64,000 nucleotides of DNA from Minisyncoccia bacterium (GTDB lineage: Bacteria; Patescibacteriota; Minisyncoccia; Phycocordibacterales; UBA5272). Where the stretch lies: NCBI GenBank assembly GCA_038256975.1, contig JBBSJU010000002.1, positions 1,064-65,063 on the forward strand, written 5' to 3'. Shown here one piece after another: positions 55,322 through 64,000 of this stretch. Made by a program: the position numbers and the translations under genes. Positions within the stretch are counted from its first letter, which is position 1. Each line of letters begins with the position of its first letter. The notes below the pieces were generated by a model that was given only the letters and a program-made list of their open reading frames with translations, did no database searches and was not told the DNA's origin.

Positions 55322-55889
55322 AGATACAGATAAAGGTTTTACGTTGGTTGAAATGATTATTTCTGTCGGGATTTTTACTGTTATGTCCGCCGTTATTCTT
55401 GCCAATTATCCTGAGTTTCGAAGCCGAAGCGCACTTGATAATCTCACCGCTCAAATAGCGACGGTCTATCGTGAAGCTCAAGTATATGGGATTTCTGTTC
55501 GTGAAGAAGGAGATGATGATTTTAGTATTGGTTACGGTGTACACATTGATCGGGTGTTAAATGAAACTGAGCTCATTATTTTCGCTGATAAAGACAAAGA
55601 CTTTATTTTTTCTGATGAAGACGATGCAGTATTAGAAACTTTTAGGCTTACTGGAGGTGAGAAGATAACCAAGCTGTGCATTCCTAGTTGTGCGCTGGAG
55701 ACTGAAAGTGAAGATGAAGTTGATTCTCTGACGGCAGTTTTTGTTCGTCCTAATCCAGATGCGTACTTTAGTATCCGAGACACACCAGAACCATCTGCTG
55801 CAAGTATCTCAATTGAGGTTTCAAATAGATCTGGTTCATATGTAAGAAATGTTGAGGTCTTTACAACCGGGCAGATTTCGGTGAGGTAG
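55308..55889 (+). CDS. Minor pilin (FimT/GspH-like)
   Basis: KG^FTLVEM N-methylation motif. Confidence 0.85.
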   Translation: MISFKDTDKGFTLVEMIISVGIFTVMSAVILANYPEFRSRSALDNLTAQIATVYREAQVYGISVREEGDDDFSIGYGVHIDRVLNETELIIFADKDKDFIFSDEDDAVLETFRLTGGEKITKLCIPSCALETESEDEVDSLTAVFVRPNPDAYFSIRDTPEPSAASISIEVSNRSGSYVRNVEVFTTGQISVR

Positions 55890-55909
55890 GGTATAATGGG
55901 AAGAACGGT

Positions 55910-56467
55910 ATGAAAGTTTTCTCGCCCACAATTCGAAAGGGATTTACTCTTGTGGAGATGCTTGTTGCAATTGCTATTTTTATGATTGTAGTTACAACAA
56001 CCCTTGGTGCATTTTTGAAAATGGTTGATGTTAACAAAAAAGTTCAAAGTGTACGAAATGCCATGGATAACGCAAATTTAGCAATGGAAACGATGATGCG
56101 AAACATTCGTCTCGGGTATGACTACTGTCAAGTGGGACCAAGTTGTACTGCAAATAGTTTAAGTTTTAGAGATCAAAGTGGAAATATTGTTACCTACGAA
56201 CTAATTGAAGGTCCGCTCGCTATTGGACAGGAGGAAACTTCGTATCAGATGATACGAAGCATAAACAGTGGTCCGCAAGTCGCTATTACATCTCCAGATA
56301 TCGCTATTGAAGTTCTCTCTTTTGATGTGAATGGCGCCTCTGTCTTAGATAATGTTCAGGCACATGTGAATATTTTTGTGAAAGGAAAAACACTTCTTCC
56401 GAAAAATGAACATAATTTTGATTTTTCTTTCCAGTCGCTTGCAACCCAAAGACTCTATGATAAATAA
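55910..56467 (+). CDS. Minor pilin (PilW/GspJ-like)
   Basis: KG^FTLVEMLVAIAIF..MMRNIR. Confidence 0.85.
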   Translation: MKVFSPTIRKGFTLVEMLVAIAIFMIVVTTTLGAFLKMVDVNKKVQSVRNAMDNANLAMETMMRNIRLGYDYCQVGPSCTANSLSFRDQSGNIVTYELIEGPLAIGQEETSYQMIRSINSGPQVAITSPDIAIEVLSFDVNGASVLDNVQAHVNIFVKGKTLLPKNEHNFDFSFQSLATQRLYDK

Positions 56468-56468
56468 A

Positions 56469-56995
56469 ATGATACAACAAAAAAGTAAAGGCTTCACACT
56501 TATTGAAGTATTAGTAGCTGTTTTTATCCTCATTACTGCGGTTGTCGTGCCACTTACTATTGGTTCAAAGGCGTATGCCTATTCAAATTTTGTGCGAGAT
56601 CAGTCTACCGCGTCATATCTTGCCCAAGAAGCTGTCGAGTTTGTGCGACTTGTACGTGACAACGCAAGCTTAAATCCGTCTCCAAGTGGTGCGTGGGTGG
56701 ATTTTAAATCAGCTATTGATACCTGTATGTCTGATAGTGGCTGCCAATTCAGTGTTCTTGAGGATAGTCCTTCAATAGATGAATGTGGAGGAAAATGTGA
56801 CTCACTGTATCGACAAGCGGGTGGTACGTATTCGTATACACCAGTGGAGGGTTCAAATAAGTGGTTTCTGAGAACGGTAAAGACGGTTGTTGTCGGTAAA
56901 AATGCCTTTGAACGCGTTCAGGTAGAGGTTACGGTATTGTGGAATACAAACGGGATTGATGAGCGGAGCTTTACAGTAACTGATTATTTAACACC

Positions 56996-57008
<13 letters not shown>
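56469..57008 (+). CDS. Minor pilin (PilV/GspI-like)
   Basis: KG^FTLIEVLVA..A.YLAQEAVE..R..RD. Confidence 0.85.
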
Positions 57009-59658
<2,650 letters not shown>

Positions 59659-59670
59659 TATTCTGTAGGT

Positions 59671-59946
59671 ATGAAGTTAGAAGAAGCTGATATTAAAAAT
59701 CTTGCAGCCCTTTCCCGGATTCATATTTCGGACATTGAAGCAAAGAAATATGCCGAAGACTTTTCAGCGATTCTTTCGTATGTTTCGGAGATTCAATCGG
59801 TGGATGTTTCAGAAGTTCATGACATTTCTACCGTTGCTAATGTATTTCGGGAAGATGTAGTGGAAGACGCTCGTTTCAAAGATGCTTTTTTGCGTGAGAC
59901 ACCTCACACTGAAAGTGGATATGTTAAGGTAAAACAAATTTTATAA
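59671..59946 (+). CDS. gatC: Asp/Glu-tRNA amidotransferase subunit C
   Basis: I..LA.LSRI..IL.YV..NVFRED..YVKV..I. Confidence 0.92.
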   Translation: MKLEEADIKNLAALSRIHISDIEAKKYAEDFSAILSYVSEIQSVDVSEVHDISTVANVFREDVVEDARFKDAFLRETPHTESGYVKVKQIL

Positions 59947-59951
59947 TCTGT

Positions 59952-61352
59952 ATGTACACCGCTTCTCAAATAGTAAAACTTGTTTCTTCAAAAGAAAAAA
60001 AAGCTGTAGAAATTGCACAGGATTATTTACGTCGAATTGAAGAAAAAAATAAAGATATTAATGCCTATCTAGAGATCTATTCTGATGTCTTAGAGCAGGC
60101 GCGTGTTGTTGATAGTCGAATTGAAACAGGTGAGATTTTGCCACTTGCTGGTGTATGTGTTGGACTCAAAGATAATATTTTACGTGCAGGTTTTCATGCG
60201 AGTGCGGGGTCTAAAATTTTGGAGCCCTATGTCGCTACATATTCATCGACAGTCGTTCAAAACTTACAAAAAGCAGGGGCTATCTTCTTAGGGCGTTTAA
60301 ACATGGATGAGTTTGCTATGGGAAGTTCTACGGAAAACTCTGCCTATGGAGCAACTAAAAATCCACACGACCTTTCTCGAGTACCTGGAGGTTCGTCAGG
60401 TGGCTCTGCGGCAGCCCTGGCTGCAGATTTAGCTACTATTACACTTGGTTCAGACACAGGCGGCTCTATTCGCCAGCCTGCATCTTTATGTGGTGTAGTT
60501 GGATTTATGCCGACATACGGTACCGTTTCTCGGTTTGGCCTTATGGCACTAGGGAGTTCGCTTGACCAAATTGGACCATTTGCGCACAACACAGAAGATG
60601 TTGAACTAGTGTATAAAGTTCTTGCAGAGTATGATCGTCACGACAGTACTTCTGTTCCTGATGCAAAGAGAGTTACAAAAGGAATTAAGAATAAAAAAAT
60701 TGGAGTACCATTTTCATTTGTTGAGCGTGAGGGAGTTGATGCGGAGGTGCTCGAAAACTTTAGAGCCTCTCTTAAAGATTTTGAATCTAAGGGATATGAG
60801 ATTGTACCGATTGATTTACCTCTTGCGCACTATGCGCTCGCCGTGTATTACATCATCATGCCTGCTGAGGCGTCTACTAATCTTGCACGGTTTGATGGCG
60901 TACGCTTCGGGCTTTCGGTTCCGGGGTTAACCCCAGATGAAACCTACATAAATACTCGTGGTCTTGGATTTGGAAAAGAAGCACAACGGCGCATCATGCT
61001 TGGAAGTTACGTATTGTCTCATGGGTACTATGATGCTTTCTACAAAAAAGCAGTTGCACTTCGAGCTGCAATCATAAAAGACTTTGCAAAAGCATTTGAG
61101 CAGGTTGAATTTATTGCAACACCAACATCTCCAATCCCTGCTTTTGTTTTTGGTGAAAAAACAAAAGATCCTCTTGCTATGTATCTTGCAGACATATTCA
61201 CCGTACCGGTAAATATTGCGCAAATTCCTGCCATCTCTATTCCGTCAGGAAAAACAAAAAACAATTTACCGCTTGGTATTCAATTTATGGCCGCGCAGTG
61301 GAACGATGAAGGTCTTTTTGAGATAGGTAAAATATTTGAACATCATGGATAA
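59952..61352 (+). CDS. gatA: Asp/Glu-tRNA amidotransferase subunit A
   Basis: [37 protein letters not shown]. Confidence 0.97.
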   Translation: MYTASQIVKLVSSKEKKAVEIAQDYLRRIEEKNKDINAYLEIYSDVLEQARVVDSRIETGEILPLAGVCVGLKDNILRAGFHASAGSKILEPYVATYSSTVVQNLQKAGAIFLGRLNMDEFAMGSSTENSAYGATKNPHDLSRVPGGSSGGSAAALAADLATITLGSDTGGSIRQPASLCGVVGFMPTYGTVSRFGLMALGSSLDQIGPFAHNTEDVELVYKVLAEYDRHDSTSVPDAKRVTKGIKNKKIGVPFSFVEREGVDAEVLENFRASLKDFESKGYEIVPIDLPLAHYALAVYYIIMPAEASTNLARFDGVRFGLSVPGLTPDETYINTRGLGFGKEAQRRIMLGSYVLSHGYYDAFYKKAVALRAAIIKDFAKAFEQVEFIATPTSPIPAFVFGEKTKDPLAMYLADIFTVPVNIAQIPAISIPSGKTKNNLPLGIQFMAAQWNDEGLFEIGKIFEHHG

Positions 61353-62121
61353 TATTCGCTTCTTAAGCATAGATTATTTTTTCTACCAGGTGTATCTTTT
61401 TTTTACTTGGGTAGGGAGCATTCTCTTTGGTACGGGAACGAGCAGGCTTGATAGTGATGGTGATGGACTTACTGATGATGAAGAGCGGGAACTTGGAACA
61501 GATCCGTTTAATTCCGACACAGACGGTGACGGAATTATAGACGCTCTTGATAAATTTCCTCTTGATGCGACCAATGGCGGACTTTCATTTTGGGATAGAT
61601 TGTTTGGCAGTGGCAGCGTTGCGACTAACGACACAGTGTTTGGTTCGATTATCCATTTCTTCGCTTACTTTTTTGCACTCATCGCGCTTGTCCTTGCGGG
61701 GATGATTTTCTTTAGCTATATTCGCTGGAAAGAGGAACTCAAAATTGCTAAGAAAAAATTCAATGAGGCATATAAAGCACCGCATACTATAGAGCCGCCA
61801 AAATATAAACATCCTCGCTGGGCAACGGTTCTTGCACACACACAGTCGCTTAATCAACCAGAATGGCGATTGGCAATATTGGAAGCAGATACTATGCTTG
61901 CTGAACTTTTAGATAGGCGAGGATATCTAGGTTTATCAATTGGTGAGCAATTAAAATCTGCTGACCAAGAAAAATTCAAAAGTCTGCAAGATGCGTGGGA
62001 AGCACATAAGGTTCGTAATCAAATTGCTCATGAGGGAAGTACATTTACTCTTACTGAACGCGAAACACGAAGAATTATTGGGCTCTACGAACGCGTATTT
62101 CGTGAATTTGATTTTATCTAA
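61345..62121 (+). CDS. Membrane protein with thrombospondin type-3-like Ca-binding repeats
   Basis: [27 protein letters not shown] between two TMs; conserved CPR-type C-terminus ([17 protein letters not shown]). Confidence 0.8.
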   Translation: MDNIRFLSIDYFFYQVYLFFTWVGSILFGTGTSRLDSDGDGLTDDEERELGTDPFNSDTDGDGIIDALDKFPLDATNGGLSFWDRLFGSGSVATNDTVFGSIIHFFAYFFALIALVLAGMIFFSYIRWKEELKIAKKKFNEAYKAPHTIEPPKYKHPRWATVLAHTQSLNQPEWRLAILEADTMLAELLDRRGYLGLSIGEQLKSADQEKFKSLQDAWEAHKVRNQIAHEGSTFTLTERETRRIIGLYERVFREFDFI

Positions 62122-62141
62122 GTTGGGGTACAATACACACT

Positions 62142-62528
62142 ATGAATAAAACAGTTATCATTCTCAGTATCATAATTGCATTTCTTTTAGTTACTAACAC
62201 AGCCCTTGAGCGCGCAATAAGTAATGGTGTATGGTCATTAGGAACCGGAGTCGCAAGTGAGACACAGTATGTTGTGGAAGGGGCAGGAAATGGGATCTTA
62301 GCAGGAATTGATTCAGTACGAACATCAATTGGTACAACACTTGTTCACTATAAAAATGCATTCAAATACGATATTGATAACAATACAGCAAACAAAAGTA
62401 TTCTTAGCTATGTTTTCTTCATCCTGCTTCTCTTTTTAAGTCTTTTCTTTGTCTACAAATTCTTGTTTTATATTTTCTTCTTCCTTTTCTTGTACTGGCT
62501 CTTTATTCTTATTCGTAATCGATTTTAG
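62142..62528 (+). CDS. Membrane protein
   Basis: N-terminal signal and long hydrophobic C-terminus. Confidence 0.7.
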   Translation: MNKTVIILSIIIAFLLVTNTALERAISNGVWSLGTGVASETQYVVEGAGNGILAGIDSVRTSIGTTLVHYKNAFKYDIDNNTANKSILSYVFFILLLFLSLFFVYKFLFYIFFFLFLYWLFILIRNRF

Positions 62529-62533
62529 TTTTC

Positions 62534-63691
62534 ATGAAAACAATATATGAACAAGCGCTTGATTTTCACAAGGAATATCGAGGAAAGTTAGAAACCAAAA
62601 GTAAGGTTGCTCTTGATTCTCGGGACGCACTCTCCAAGGCGTATAGTCCTGGAGTTGCTCAGGTGAGTATTGAAATAGGAAAGGATACATCGCTTGCTCG
62701 AGAATATACTTTAAAACGAAATACGGTCGCCGTTGTTTCCGATGGTTCAGCAATTTTAGGTATTGGAAATCTCGGCCCGTATGCTGCCATTCCTGTTATG
62801 GAAGGGAAGGCTGCAATCTTTAAAGAATTCGCTGGGGTGAATGCGTTTCCTATTTGTTTGGATACTCAAGACACAGAGGAGATTATTAAAGCAGTCAAAC
62901 AGTTGGTGCCAGTGTTCGGTGGAATAAATCTAGAAGACATCGCTGCGCCGAGGTGCTTTGAAATCGAAGAACGACTTCGGGCAGAGCTTTCTATTCCTGT
63001 GATGCATGATGATCAATGGGGCGCCGCGACAGTTGCCTTGGCTGGGCTCATAAATAGCCTCAAATTGAGGGGATTGGATAAATCTGAAGCCAAAGTAGTT
63101 ATAAACGGCATTGGCGCGGCAGGAGTGGCTACAGCGCGTCTTTTGCTCGTGTACGGTATCACCAATATGATATTTTGTGACAGTAAAGGAATTATTCATA
63201 AAGGTCGGACAGACTTAACAAAAGAGAAAAAAGAGTTGCTTGAAAAAAGTAGCGCGCACCCTGAAGCGGGAACACTTGCTGCCGCAGTTAGTGGTGCGCA
63301 TATCTTTATTGGATTATCCGTAGCGGGAGCATTAACACAGGAAATGGTTCGTACTATGGCAGAACGGCCGATTATTTATGGACTTGCAAATCCGACTCCA
63401 GAAATTATGCCTGAACTTGCAAAGGAAGCGGGTGCGTTTATTGTAGCCACTGGAAGAAGTGATTATCCAAATCAGCTCAATAACTCTCTCGTCTTCCCGG
63501 GACTCTTTAAAGGTGCGCTTGAGGAGAATGTGGGGCAGTTTGATATCGCTCTCTTCTTGTCTGTGGCGCAAAAGTTGGCCGCCTATGTCGAAAATCCGAC
63601 TCCGGAGATGATTCTCCCTAATATGTTTGATAGAGGTGTTGTTGGTGTTGTAGTAAGTGCAGTAAAAGAATGGAATTTAAATTTGAAATAG
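62534..63691 (+). CDS. NAD(P)-dependent malic enzyme
   Basis: AYSPGVA, PVMEGK, INLEDI, HDDQ, GIGAAG, ANPTPE, TGRSD.PNQ.NN. Confidence 0.95.
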   Translation: MKTIYEQALDFHKEYRGKLETKSKVALDSRDALSKAYSPGVAQVSIEIGKDTSLAREYTLKRNTVAVVSDGSAILGIGNLGPYAAIPVMEGKAAIFKEFAGVNAFPICLDTQDTEEIIKAVKQLVPVFGGINLEDIAAPRCFEIEERLRAELSIPVMHDDQWGAATVALAGLINSLKLRGLDKSEAKVVINGIGAAGVATARLLLVYGITNMIFCDSKGIIHKGRTDLTKEKKELLEKSSAHPEAGTLAAAVSGAHIFIGLSVAGALTQEMVRTMAERPIIYGLANPTPEIMPELAKEAGAFIVATGRSDYPNQLNNSLVFPGLFKGALEENVGQFDIALFLSVAQKLAAYVENPTPEMILPNMFDRGVVGVVVSAVKEWNLNLK

Positions 63692-64000
63692 AAAAAAAGT
63701 TAGAAGGCACGCTTGGGCGAGCAGGAGTTATTCATACTCCACATGGTGATATACACACACCTGCTTTTATTCCCGTGGGTACAAAGGCAACGGTGAAGGC
63801 GCTTACCGTTGAGCAAGTTAAAGATTTGGGGTCACAAGCAGTACTTGCCAATACATATCACCTCTATCTTGAACCAGGAGAAGATCTCGTAGCAAAGCAT
63901 GGTGGTTTTGCAAAAATGATGCATTGGGATGGTCCGACATTTACGGATTCAGGTGGATTCCAAGTATTCTCACTTGGTGCTGCGTACGGTGAAGGTGTTT
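63670..64000 (+). CDS. tgt: tRNA-guanine transglycosylase (5' part)
   Basis: Manual translation: [48 protein letters not shown]. Confidence 0.95.
   Translation, partial: MEFKFEIEKKLEGTLGRAGVIHTPHGDIHTPAFIPVGTKATVKALTVEQVKDLGSQAVLANTYHLYLEPGEDLVAKHGGFAKMMHWDGPTFTDSGGFQVFSLGAAYGEGV

Overview
64 kb of a compact, AT-rich bacterial chromosome that looks like Patescibacteria/CPR, probably Parcubacteria. The evidence is a complete type IV pilus/competence cluster, class III RNR, a NusB-NUDIX fusion, bL9 present, GatCA, and mostly leaderless core genes. Core genes include dnaE, rnhB, rpmF, nusB, rnc, cysS, rplI, rpmA, ligA, gatCA, tgt, a UvrD-nuclease pair and five tRNAs. Accessory content includes a csoR-copA copper island with a serine-recombinase relic next to tRNA-Gln, a NirK whose type-1 Cu axial Met is replaced by Gln, and several self-contained single-gene cassettes. 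Main signals: (1) a tRNA-Thr(GGU) split by a 194-nt ORF-less group I intron, directly downstream of a free-standing HTH-LAGLIDADG gene; (2) a DGR-target-like gene with a 3' variable-region signature and GC hairpin, inserted between pilM and pilN with no RT/TR in the window; (3) single-gene cassettes sharing a promoter + boxA-like motif + SD + terminator layout, carrying a proteobacterial-like RNAP alpha-CTD, two outer-membrane beta-barrel-like proteins and an M23 peptidase; (4) a Com-like Zn-finger gene plus a possible attenuator upstream of nrdDG. All calls are from motif reading only; no searches were run.
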